DNA from: Chrysemys picta bellii
Taxonomy: Eukaryota
DNA length: 64,000 bases
Direction: 5' to 3'
Assembly (NCBI RefSeq): GCF_011386835.1
Contig: NC_088810.1
Coordinates: forward strand, 18,662,001-18,726,000
Positions 1-11,681 of this stretch are shown piece by piece. Under the pieces are notes generated by a model. That model ran no database searches and was not told the DNA's origin. It saw nothing but the letters and a program-made list of their open reading frames with translations. Each line of letters starts with the position of its first letter. Positions within the stretch are counted from its first letter, which is position 1. A program made the position numbers and the translations under genes.

Positions 1-498
1 TTGTGTCCTTCCGATATGCAAGCAACTTTTACATTTTGATCATCTGAGCATCTCTTAATTAACATGGGGGCCTCGCCTTCTCGTCTCCTGTACCACTGAA
101 CTGTCACACCTCCTTCTAAAAATTGTTCTTTGGAAGAGCACTGGATCTTCGCCGTATCATTAATGTTCACAAACAGGAACGGCTGAGGTTGGTGCAGATA
201 TCCCTGCACTCGTACCACTGCAGGAAGAAAAGAGGTTGCGTTATTAGAGTCAATTTTCAGCAGGTCACAGTCTGCCCTAAATAAACTGGATTGTTCAGAA
301 TTAAACCAAATGCAATCAGATTCCATTGTGCAAGAGTAAATGGAAGAGCATCTAAACTGCAGCAGAACTGTCCTAAGCTACCAGACATCGTGAAAGCCTT
401 ATTGAAAAGGCTCCTTTTTCAATTCTAAAGCTTAAGGATACGACTACAGCAAAAGCTTTACCCATGAAAGACCAAAGCAGATATTTGGTGACCAGCAT
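1..498 (-). CDS. PRARP: B0: type-B VJ-C1 receptor gene, 5' part only (leader plus most of the V exon; runs off the window edge)
   Basis: Leader 498-462 (MLVTKYLLWSFM+G, GT donor). V exon from acceptor ttcctgcag at 217 down to 1 is open: VRVQGYLHQPQPFLFVNINDTAKIQCSSKEQFLEGGVTVQWYRRREGEAPMLIKRCSDDQNVKVACISEGH. Close paralog of B3. Family name is from recall, not from a search. Confidence 0.8.
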
Positions 499-1112
499 GA
501 TCGTTACAAACAAGATCCTGAAAGATGAAATCTAAAGCATCTGTCTGGCAAGCTGCTCGAATGCAAAGGGTTCAACCTCCTGATCGGAACTGCTGAGGGG
601 GCTGTGCTGTGGTGATAGGTGCTTTTCACCGAGGCTTCTTAAAGAACCCTTTGGGGACAATTTATTTCTTGTCGGCTGTTGCTGCATTTGAATCAAATAT
701 GGACGTATTAGAACAATTCAGAATAACAAAATAACTATTAGGATGTGGCACAATGTAGAATATGCCTGAGATAGTTCAACACAGAAGAATGTCTAGTGCA
801 GAGACAGCAGGTACCAGGGCTTTCCGACGGGTCAGACTGCTGCAGATCACACTGGCTAAAGGTGCGATTGTGTAGACAGCATTGCACCCTGCTGCCTATT
901 GCAAATGATTTTCCCAAGGGATCAGCACCCACCATTGGGCCAGATTTTTAAAGAGCCCAGCTCCCATTAAGGCACTGAACGAATGGCACGATTTTCAACT
1001 GTGCTCAGCCCCCACTGGCACACTTACGGCTGGATTCCCAAGAGTTCAGGAGCCAATGGGCATCTAATGAGCCGAGCACTTGTACAAATCTGGCCCTTAT
1101 TGAGGTGCCTAA

Positions 1113-1388
1113 GGGTACGTCCGCACTGCAGCTGGCAGGGTAGTTCCCAGCCCAGGTAGACAGACATGCGTCAGCTCTGCTCGAGCTAGTGTGGTGAAAA
1201 TAGCAGTGTGGCCACAGGGACATGGGCGGTAGCTCGGCCCAGCTGTGCAAGTACATGTCCAGGATTTCGGGCAGAATTGTACTTGGGACGTCAGCCCAAG
1301 CTGCCACCTGTGTCGCCGTGGCCACACTGCTATTTTTCAGGGCACTGCATTGAGCAGTGACCCTCCTGGCTGCTTTGTAGACGTATCC
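1113..1388. mobile_element. PIF/Harbinger-like MITE
   Basis: Imperfect TIRs gggtacgtccgcac / ttgtagacgtatcc flanked by TAA and TGA. A related copy lies at about 32175-32395. Confidence 0.55.
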
Positions 1389-2696
1389 TGAATGGGAGCT
1401 GGGCTCTTCTGGAAGTGTGGCCCCTGCTGTGGGTGATGAACAGCTGAGAAACGGGCTTCTCCCTGCGGCCTCAGTATTTTGCCCACCGCTGCACCTTATT
1501 GCTTGACAACATGATACTGAACAGTAATTTGGGACCAGATCCTCAGCTGCTGTGAATCAGCATCGCTCCACTGATGCCAATGAACTGACACTGATTTACC
1601 CTAGTTGAGGATCTGGCCCTTGGAGGTCTTTAAGGGAATCCTGAACGCTCACAGTGCGGCTCGCTTGAGAAATGAGACCAGGAAATCCCTGTGGCTGAAT
1701 TTCCAGACTCTAGAACAGCTCAAGCTGCCTCCAAACTGGGCTGTTTCTGATCCCACATTTTAGTACACCCCAACTTCCCATTGATTCGAGTGGAATGGTG
1801 CTGGATGCACCAGGAACACAGGGTCTGGCCTTGTTAGCCCAGAGTTTGTGGGGCTGTAAGGTGCATTGTGGGTGCACTGCAAACACTTCATGCAGCACAA
1901 TACACCATGATTAATCCCCTTATTGGGGTAGCTTTGTTACTTGTGCCTGGAATTATTATCATAAAAGGGAGCCAAAGAATGTGCACATCATGAGTAGATC
2001 CCAAAGCACTTTACCAAGGAAGTCAGTAATCTTATATCCATTTTACAGATGTGGAAACTGAGGCACAGAGCAGGGAAGTGACTTACCTAAAATAACCCAG
2101 CAGAAGAGCTGGGAATAGAACCCACGTCTCTGTCCAGTGCTCTATCCACTAGGCAACACTGCACAGTGGATAATTAGTGACTGATCTATTTTCTCAATGT
2201 CTCTGGTTTGTGCTGTAACATTTACTTTGTTTCACACTGCTGAATGGTAAATCCCGGTTTCTGCAGTAATTTCATGGACTGTTCTGCTTCACCTTTGCTC
2301 TAACCGTCCCCTGGCTGCAGATGAACTGGGGGGAGCTGTTTACACTTCCTTGGTAACCGAACAACAAACAAAAGAAAAGTGGCAAAAGACGTGGGCTGAA
2401 ACTGACCACAGCAGCAAGTGCAACTTTCCGAGCAGCCAGTTCTGATCTATTTTTAAAGGATTGGCCCTTTGCAGCAAACACGGCTGTTTGTCCTGTAGCC
2501 TGTGGTTTTCTAACCTTGGTTTCAATTTGTTTTTATAAAACATAACGTAGAAATAAAATCAAAACTATGACAGTCACTTTGTCTTTGTCTTGGCTTTTAA
2601 TAGACTTGTACAGAAGAAGATTAAGTATAAAAGGAATTTGTATCAGTTAAGTGTGACTGGGGGCAGTAATCTTAAGGTATGTTTGAAAATTTCTTT

Positions 2697-3031
2697 CGGC
2701 CTTCCTTCATAGGTCATGTTCTCAAGACCTTTAATCATTCTTGTTGCTCTTCTCTGGACCCTCTCCAATTTCTCCACATCTTTCTTGAAATGCGGCGCCC
2801 AGAACTGGACACAATACTCCAGCTGAGGCCTAACAGAGCAGAGTAGAGCGGAAGAATGACTTCTCGTGTCTTGCTCACAACACACCTGTTAATGCATCCC
2901 AGAATCATGTTTGCTTTTTTTGCAACAGCATCACACTGTTGACTCATATTTAGCTTGTGGTCCACTATAACCCCTAGATCCCTTTCTGCCGTACTCCTTC
3001 CTAGACAGTCTCTTCCCATTCTGTATGTGTT
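2697..3031 (-). mobile_element. CR1 LINE ORF2 3' fragment
   Basis: Minus-strand translation gives [37 protein letters not shown] and LNMSQQCDAVAKKANMILGCI, characteristic of the CR1 ORF2 C-terminal region. Confidence 0.9.
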
Positions 3032-4611
3032 GCATACATTTGCATGGGATGATGCCAATACACCTGTACAAAGCACATCTATGGCACTAGGCCCCCAGTT
3101 CAGCAAACCTCTGTTAATCTCGCTGTGTACTTTTTTATCCTCACCACCCTGCTGCAGAGTAGGGAGGAATTATCCCCATTTTACAGCTGGGGAGTGGAGG
3201 CCCAGAGAGACTTGGGGTAACATGTTCAAAAGCCCGTAAGTGATTGGGAGGCAAAGTCCCACTTTCAACAGGGACTAAGGCTTGAAAGTCATTGGGATGT
3301 AAGTGACCAGCCCTCGGTCACACATGGAGCCTGTGGCAGAGCAGGGATTGGACCCTGAGTGCCTGGCTAGCACCTTGACAACCGCATGTATGGCCTGAAG
3401 ATCAACTTGGGATAACAGGAGAGTGGGTTCAGCAGAGGATCTGGCCCTGATTTGCAGTAGGATTTTATTGGGGCTGAGGTTTAAAAGGGCAATTTGGATG
3501 CTCAATGTACCCGAGGAACCAAATTCCTGATGGAGGTTTGCAACTCTCAGCCTTAATTTCCAGGTAAAGACAAGCTGCAGAGAGAACCGTATTCCAGATT
3601 ACGTGGGTGAAAACTGTTTAGAAGGGATGGATTTAGAATCTCTTAGGGGGCATTTCACTTTGTTCTCTCTGTAAGCAATTTTACACATTACACTATGGAA
3701 CATGCATTATGCACATATCTGAAATAAGTGTCCTAAAAGGAGATTTTGCTCCAAATTTTCCCAAGTGGGATGACTCCATCATACTTTCATATTTTAACCC
3801 CATCAATTCCTTCGTCAGTGGGCCCACACCTCCAGGCCTTTCCTTAATCTACAGTAATAACTAAACATAAAAGCCAAGTTTTATGTTTGCTCATTTCCCC
3901 ACTTCCAGGGTGCCCAATGAACCTGTTTGTTGGTTTACGCCATCCTTTGCTTAAATCATGTAATATACCTCTTGGTGACTTATGTTCACAGCGTACAAAT
4001 AGAAACACCAAATACTCATGCTGGAAGGTTGCAATTTAACATGACTTTTATTCTTCAAATCCAGAATGATAAGAAAAAGTAACCAAAACCAGAGAGAGAC
4101 AAAGCAGGCTGCTCCTTAAACGACTGTTGCACAACTCACCACACCTTGTTCTAGACTGGCTCTTTCCAGACTGACTGCTGCTAGGCCCAGATTGCACACT
4201 TCCCCACAGACAGCAAGCAGGACCAGGAAACCCCCCTGAAATTTAAAGTTATAAATCACAATTTTAACACAGTTTTCATACACCACAATGAGAGAGTTTA
4301 CTGCCATTTTATTGATGCTAATACCATCTGACCTTATAAATCCCTGAAGCACAGAAAACATTCCACCTGAATTGCAGTAAAAATAACTGGATGCCTATAA
4401 GAAGACTAACATAAATATTCCACCTGAGACACACACCATGCTGTTATCCAATCTAAGCTTGAATTTCTTCTCTAACAGATTTTAGGGGCAAAGGAATATT
4501 CCCCACCCCGTGCGTTTTGCTCTGCTGGCACTAAGAGTAAGATTTTCAAAGGGGTTATCAATATATCTTGGCCCTCTTGTTTTTTCATGCATGTTGCCCC
4601 ACAGATCTTTA

Positions 4612-4680
4612 AGAGGAAACAGAACATTTTCCTCTCCACGTGACAAAGTCTTTCATCAAGAGATCCATTCGCTAGCAGGC
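4612..4680 (+). promoter_or_regulatory. Conserved proximal promoter block of type-A genes (GAGGAA ETS-like site plus CACGTG E-box)
   Basis: aacattttcctctccacgtgacaaagtctttcatcaagagatccatt is identical upstream of A1, A2 (about 36845) and A3 (about 57365); E-box at 4637-42. Confidence 0.4.
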
Positions 4681-4730
4681 GCTGTGAGACAGACAGACAT
4701 CACCTATTCATTTCTGTAGAAAGGCACAAG

Positions 4731-7700
4731 ATGTCCCACCAGATAGTTGGGATGATGCTAGTCTGTCTGCACAGTAAGTATTTTAGCCTGATTTATTTCA
4801 TGCTTATTTTCCACCATACTAAAAACTATTAACTTTCTGCACAAGGACCTTTTGCAATTCAAAAAAGTGCTAATATCTACCTGCTGAGAGAGGAATTCAC
4901 ATCTTTTAGTTCATCAGTTGAAATCTGAAGAGAGGTGATGAAATATTTTACATTAAAACAACCTGAATGCCAGATACTAACACCCTGACAATAGTTTCTG
5001 GTTAATATTCTGGATTGGGGTGAAAAATCTACTTTTCCTTCATGCTGCTGCATTACATTCTACATTTCTGCAGAATGATCAAAAGGAGAATTTGAAATAC
5101 AAGTTGCTAAAAGACTCTCCCATGTACAATTTAGTTAAAAGTTTGTTACCATTGATTTGGTTAAGCTTGAGTGGGAATGCGCAGCCTGGTGAATAGGGCA
5201 GGGAGCTGGAAGTCTGTACCCCTCGGTTCTAAACGCTGAGGTTTGTTTTTGTAGTTACTTTACATTAATTCCAGCACAGGCTACATGAAACCTAACAAAA
5301 ATATTGGCTAGCAATGGAGAAAAGTTAAAATGAATCTTTAACAGAGAAATACCTTTTTGTTATTCTTTGATCACCTGCTCTGTGTAGTGTATTGCAAAAG
5401 CCCAGGCTAGTCCAGTGCTCACTGTATTAACCGACTCCTTTCTTCCCCTGTATAGTGGCTGTCTCGGAAGAAGGGATACAAATCCTGCAAAGCCCAGCCC
5501 AGGTGTGGCTGACATCTGGACAGACCGCACAGCTGGACTGTAGCCCTTCACGAAAAGTATGGAGAGTTCAGTGGTACAAGGAACATCTGAGTTTACAATG
5601 GATTTACGAGAGTTCTTCACTTCAACCTTCAAATGGAAAATACTCGAGTAAAGTGAACATTCCGGCAAACACATTTTCTCTGACTATAAGTAACGTACAA
5701 AGAAATGACTCCGGGGTGTATTACTGTGGCCTTGCTATATATCTACATCCCAACTTCGGGAATGGGACCAGGCTGAGTGTCACAGGTGAGTTTCCAATGG
5801 GCCAAAATAATGATATCGCAATGCTAGGTCGTGAGTGATTGCCATTTCAGCGTTAAGCCTTAGGTATTTGTGGGAAAAGGCATGTCCCAGGCAGTGACCC
5901 AGGACATGGGGTGGGGAATTAGGAGACCTGGGTTTTGTCCCTGAATCAGTGGGCACTTAGGGTGAGATTTGCAAAACACCCGGATCCAACAGCTCCCATT
6001 TAGATGTTTACAGAAATGGCAGATTTTAAAAATGCTCCAACCAAAAACCAGCTTTTGAACATCTGGAATATTTGGAAAATCGAACCTTTTATTTCTCTGC
6101 CTCTCCATTTCCTCATCTCTATAGCGGGGATAATGACTCTCCTGTGTGACAGCACTTTGAGATCTATGGAAGAAAAGCACCGTGTCAGTGCTAGGTGTTA
6201 TTTCCCTGCCTTCTAGTTGGTATGTTACATTAGAAATCCGATTTGATAGTCTGAAACTGCCTGAGCCTAGAACATGGGGTATGTTCCACCTGCCCTGCTA
6301 TCCTATTAAGACTTTAATATTAATCAGGTTCTTTTCCAGGCATTCACCAAGCCTCATGAAATGATTCCACACACGTGTTCATACAGGGGGATATTCATTG
6401 TCTCAAGCAGCACAGTATGAACTGCACGTAATAATTCAATGTACGACTAGTGATATCTATATATTTTTGATCCACACATGTTGCAATTATTCCAAAGAGT
6501 GCACATAAAAAGGAAGGCAAGGAATTATTTCAGGCACTACTAGAAGTTGTAACTCAGACTAATGAGATGAACGTAATAGGAAAATTTAGCCCGACGGTTA
6601 TGTCTAAGTAAGAATGGTTCCTCTATCAGGCTTTTTATAGGTAGATCTCAAAGCGCCTTGCAAAGGTGACTAAATATCATATGTAAGTAAGTATCATTTC
6701 CCTAATTTTACGGTTGGAGAAACTGAGGCACAGCCAGGGGGAAGTGAACTTGTCTCCAAGGTCACATAGCAAGGCAGGGCTGGGCATAGATCTCAGGACT
6801 CCTGACTCCCGGTCTGGTGTCCTCACCACCAGACTGACCAGCTCTTCCATTGCATTTTGTGCTGAACCGAATGGGGTGTTGACACTCAGCAAATAATCCA
6901 GGATGGTCATATCAGGACAACCATCGGAGCAGTGACAGATCAGGGGAGTCCTCAAAAGTGGATACCCCAGCGTGTAAAACACTGACAACTGGAACAGACA
7001 AAGCATTAGGCATTTAAAACATTCTGCACTGGCTGGGAAAGGGGTAGGAACTGGGTATGGACTAGCTCAGCTACCGGTAAACTCTCTTTCCGATCTCTCT
7101 TGTGACTCAACTCTCTTTTAGATGCCTCCGAGCCGAGACTTTCCATCCTGGTGCCCTCTGCCCCGGAGGATGCTGAGTTTCTCCCCGTCATTCCTCTGCT
7201 CTGCCTGCTCTCGGATTTCACTCCTGCCTGGAGTGCTGTTCTCTGGGACACTGGTGAGCAGGCGTCTGAAGGTCAGACGGATGCTGGAGCCATAGACGGG
7301 AACGGGGTCTTTAGTGTTTGGAGCCTAATGACAATCCCTTCTGAGACGTGGAACCAGGAGACGACCTGCACTTGTACAGCCAAGGAGAACAGCACGGGGA
7401 GAAGCATCAATGCTACAGTCTCCAGGGAAACAGGTCCAGTATTGTATCATCCAATCTAACCTGCCTACCTGGGTATTTATGCCTCCAGGGGCGGCTCCAG
7501 GCACCAGCGCTCCAAGCGCGTGCCTGGGGCGGCAAGCTGCGGGGGGCGGCCTGCGGGTCGCCGCGAGGGCAGCAGTCAGGCTGTCTTTGGCGACATGCCT
7601 GAGGGAGGTCCACCAGTCCCGCGGCTTCGGTGGCAATTCGGCAGCGGGTACGCCAAAGGCGCAGGACTGGCAGCCCTCCCGCAGGCAAGCTGCCAAAGGC

Positions 7701-9390
7701 TGCCTCACTGCCGTGCTTGGGGCGGCAAAATACATAGAGCTGCCCCTGTATGCCTCATCCCTCACCGTGGGTCAGTGGCAAAAATTGTGTGTAGACAAAC
7801 CCTTGAAAAACAAAGCAAATTCCAGGTGGCACAGACGGGCATGTCCAGCCTTCCCAAAGGCCTTTTAATTTCCTAATCGCCCGGCACTTGCAGCAAACCT
7901 GTGCTGGGAAAAAAGGAACCACCTAAAATCTGACTGCAAAATACAATAATCTACACATTAGAGGAGTTACGGAGGGTGGGAGGGAGAGAGAAGAGAGACA
8001 GAATACCCACGACAGATCATTTTGCAAGGTCCCTCTCCCTTGTCTTCGCACGTCCCGCTCCCTCCATATACTGCAGGGCAGCAGACCACAGAGCAGCGAC
8101 TCTCAACCTTTCCAGACCACTGTACCCCTCTCAGGAGCCTGATTTGTCTCGTGTACCCCCGAGCTACACCTCACTTAAAAGCTACTTGCTTACACAATCA
8201 GACATAAACATACAATAGTGTCACAGCTCACTATTACTGAACAATTGCTGACTTGCTCACTTTTATCATATAATGATAAAATAAATCAATCGGAATATAA
8301 ATATTGTACTTACATTTCAGTGTGTGGCATAGAGAGCAGTATGAACAAGTTATTTTCTGTATGAAATTTTAGTTTGTACGGACTTTGCTGGTGTTTTTTA
8401 TGTAGCCTGTTGGAAAACTAGGCAAATATCTAGATGAGTTGATGTAATGCCTGGAATACCTCTGCGTACCCCCAGGGGTATGTGTACCCCTGGTTGAGAA
8501 CCACCTGCACAGAGCACAGAACAACGGGTGCGGAGCTTCCAGGAAAACACCTCCCTTTGCCCATGGCATTGCATGGGACGCAGAGATCGGCAGCCCATGG
8601 TTTGATAGGTGTTTTCTATACTCAGCGTCTCTTCTCTCTGCAGGAGACTGTGGGATTGTGCTCTATGCTGGGCTGCCCTGTATTTTCATCCTTCTCCTGA
8701 TCCAGCTATTGATCTTGCTCTGGAGAAAGTGCCCCGTCAGAGGTAACTCAGTCATATCTCTGTCTGCTATAAAGCAGCCACTTATCACACATCCCTATAA
8801 CCGTCCCTTTGCCTGTTTCATCCATCAGGGAGAGCTGTGCAAAGAGGGAATCCAATACCTATGAGGCAGATCCCACAGGTAAACTGGTTTTTCAGCATTT
8901 GGCACATCAGAAAGATACAGTGTATTAACAACAGGGGATTAGAACCAGTGTCCTGGCCAATGTCCAACCCTAGGGTCTATACATTGCCTCCTGAATTCTC
9001 TGAGGTTTCATGTGAATTTATTCTTCTCTGCTCTTCTAGTGGAAGTGTTGTGTAGGGTTGTTGGTATAAAAGAACTGCTGGGTTCCACCCCAGAGGTGGC
9101 TGCAGGTCAGGGATGGTGAAATACTACAGTGTATATGTCACCGTGCCTCAGTGGGCACAACTGAGAATACCAAATACAGGACAAACTGCTGAGAAATAGG
9201 GCAGAGACATCCCAAAACTGGTGGTTATCCCCCATAAGATAGTAGATAATGTTTTCACCCCTCAGCTCATTCTTATAATGCAAAAGCTGCTCTAATACAA
9301 AGAATTAATTATAATACCAGATTTTTCCTTTTTCTATTTCAGACTGAATATGCAACTCTGACGTACAAGAACAGAAACGCTCCTCTGTGA
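4731..9390 (+). CDS. PRARP: A1: intact type-A non-rearranging V(J)-C1-TM receptor with ITSM-like tail, about 293 aa
   Basis: Exons: 4731-4773 (MSHQIVGMMLVCLH); 5456-5785 (V: C..WY..DSGVYYC..FGNGTRLSV); 7122-7433 (C1: LLCLLSDFTP..W..CTC); 8644-8742 (GDCGIVLYAGLPCIFILLLIQLLILLWRK); 8829-8878; 9343-9390 (TEYATLTYKNRNAPL*). All GT/AG, phases 1-1-1-1-0 consistent, 882 nt. Confidence 0.88.
7486..7748. mobile_element. hAT-type non-autonomous element in the A1 C1-TM intron
   Basis: TIRs caggggcggctc / gagctgcccctg; 8-bp TSD tatgcctc (7478-85, 7749-56). Absent from A2 and A3. Confidence 0.85.
8094..8507. mobile_element. hAT-type non-autonomous element
   Basis: Ends cagcgactctcaacc / ggttgagaaccacctg, flanked by a cacagag duplication. 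Confidence 0.7.
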
Positions 9391-10956
9391 CTGATGCAGT
9401 CTCACTAAAGTGGTCTATATTTGTTAAAACAAGAGATGCAAAAAGAAAGAACGAAAGAGAAAGCGAGAGAAATGCAGAAAGTCTCATGTTTGTAATGTGC
9501 TATGATGTGATGGGAGTTTGCTTGAAATACAACCACTTCCATGGTCATTTCTCTGACCCATAGTCTGGGCTGACACCTCCCTTCTTGCAAAAAGCCACGT
9601 GGGGTCATTTGTGAATTGCCTGCAGGCTGGTCAGGCATTGGCTAGACCTCCCATCTCAAACATGGCACTGCCCGCACCATGGCACCTGTCACAGAATTCA
9701 CTCACCGCTAGGGCGCCTCCTTCTGGCTGCTCATGGGATTAGCTCCTTCCAGCTCCGACATCCCCTTCCATCATCTCGTTCTCACTGCTGCCCCACACGC
9801 TCTCTGGGACTCTGCACTTTCTTCTTCCTGGCTTGACTGCTCCCTTGTCAGGCCTTGGCCCTCTGGCCAGGTCACGGGGTGTTTTTCCCCTGCCAGGCTA
9901 TCAAAGTGCCACAGGACAAACTGTCCCAGGTCATCACCACACCCACTGCCCTGACTGTGCCACTTCCCCAGTGGCTGGGAGGGGAACCTGGGCCTGTCCT
10001 CGACTCCTGGTTCCAGTTCAGGGACTCTTGAATCAGCAGCTAAGGTCTGCAATGTCCTGCCTTGCTGGGGCTTCCTCGAGTCTTTTCCTCCTCCACCTCT
10101 CTCAGGCTTTCGCTCCACCATCCTCCTAGGTAAATCCTTCCTTCAGGGCCTGGGCCCCCAGGGTTTCTCCTCTGCCCCGGGCTTCCTCCTTTCCCCCTCT
10201 CCTGCCCAGAGAGTGACTGTAACCTTCCTCACTGCAGCCCTTCTCTGCTGCCAGGTTCCTGGTGTTATACCAGCCCGCCTGTTCCTGCTCAGCTGGGCTC
10301 CATCAGCGTTCAGGGGTTACTTAATCCACCTAGTTCCCCCCAGCTGGAGCCTATCCCTTTAATTGGCCCCTTCTCAGCCTCATTAACCCCTTCTAGTCTA
10401 GTGGCGGTGAACACCCCATCACAGCCCCATCACCAGGACGGGCATTTGCTGCTGATTGAGGGTGATGGAGTCACCTGCTCAGTTTGTTAAGCTGTGTCCT
10501 GCACGGGAGGAGGTTTCCCATCCAAGCACTGACCCTCTGCAGAGGGAGCCCAGCCCAAGGCCGGTCGCGCTGTGGCTTTGGGGTCAGTACTTAGATCAGA
10601 ATCAGGCCTGTGTTTTCACTTGTGGTGAGCCACAGGGCTGGTTTAACAGCCAGTAACAGAACATGGATGTTAAGGGTCAGACTGTAACACCTGTACCCAC
10701 ACGGGTGAGACGTTACAGATGTGAGCAGTCCCTAGAACTTCAGTGGCACTCCTGCTGTGACTAACGTCTCCCCAATGGGAGTGAGAGGTTCATCGCCTGG
10801 CCCCAAATGAAATACAAAGTGCCACCTACTCCTCTCAGTGACCCCTGTAAAACCAGAGGAACACCACTGCCATCAGCAGAGTTCCTGTGGCTGTGCACCC
10901 GTGTCAGGGAGAGCAGAATCTGGCCCAAAGACTGTCAGAATGAGTCTGGAGTAGAG

Positions 10957-11681
10957 CAGAGGTTCTCAAACTGTGGTTCGTGGACCATCAGTGGTCCGCG
11001 AGCTCCATTCAGGGGGTCCACGGATAGGTCTTTCTAAGGTGCGCGCCTGGGTGGCTGCACACAAGAATGAAGGGCTACTAATTAGGTGCCTGGACCCTGG
11101 GGAAGACACACATGTAAGGTGAGGTGGTGGCCTTGGGGGAAATAGGGGGTAGGTGGGAGGGGGCAGTGGGCACTGGGGTGAGAAGAGGGGGTGGGGGAAT
11201 TTGGAATGCACGGGGCTGTGGCGGCTAGAGAAAGAGGCGACTTTTCCCAGCTCCTGGGCTGCGGCTGCCAGGGAGGTTCGGCCCTGCTTCCCTGCCCCAG
11301 CTCTGTGGCTGCTGTGGCAGGGAGAGACCCCCCCACACTCCTTCCCAGCCCCAGCTCGGGGGCTGCTGTGGTGGGGGAGAAACCCCCCCTCCTTCCCAGC
11401 CCCAGCTCGGGGGCTGCCGTGGCAGTGGAGAGAGGGCACATCCATCGCATTAGAAAGGTAAGACTACGGATATTAAAATAGGAGTTGTGTGCTTTTATTT
11501 GTAGAACAAAAAACGTTAATTATTATTAAGGTTTTTTTTATATATAGCGCTTTTATCCAAAGCGCTTTACAATAGTTAGCTAACGGTACAAACAACATTT
11601 GGAAAGATCATTAAGTGGGCCGCCGAGACCCTCAGCAATTTTCAAGTGGTACACGGAAAAGAAAAAGTTTGAGACCCACTG
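10957..11681. mobile_element. hAT (Charlie-like) non-autonomous element
   Basis: TIRs cagaggttctcaaac / gtttgagacccactg; 8-bp TSD gagtagag (10949-56, 11682-89); internal cccagctcggggg repeats. Confidence 0.85.

Noticed and set aside
5170-6850. tRNA-derived/CORE-SINE-like fragments (ggaaactgaggcacag motifs, many copies)
   Set aside because: Degraded, and boundaries cannot be defined by eye. They are not tRNA genes.
7325-7876. Several 90-150 aa ORFs around the A1 C1 exon
   Set aside because: Antisense or alternate frames of the exon plus the GC-rich hAT insertion.
10966-11481. ORFs of 96-159 aa
   Set aside because: Lie inside a non-autonomous hAT element; no transposase motifs seen.
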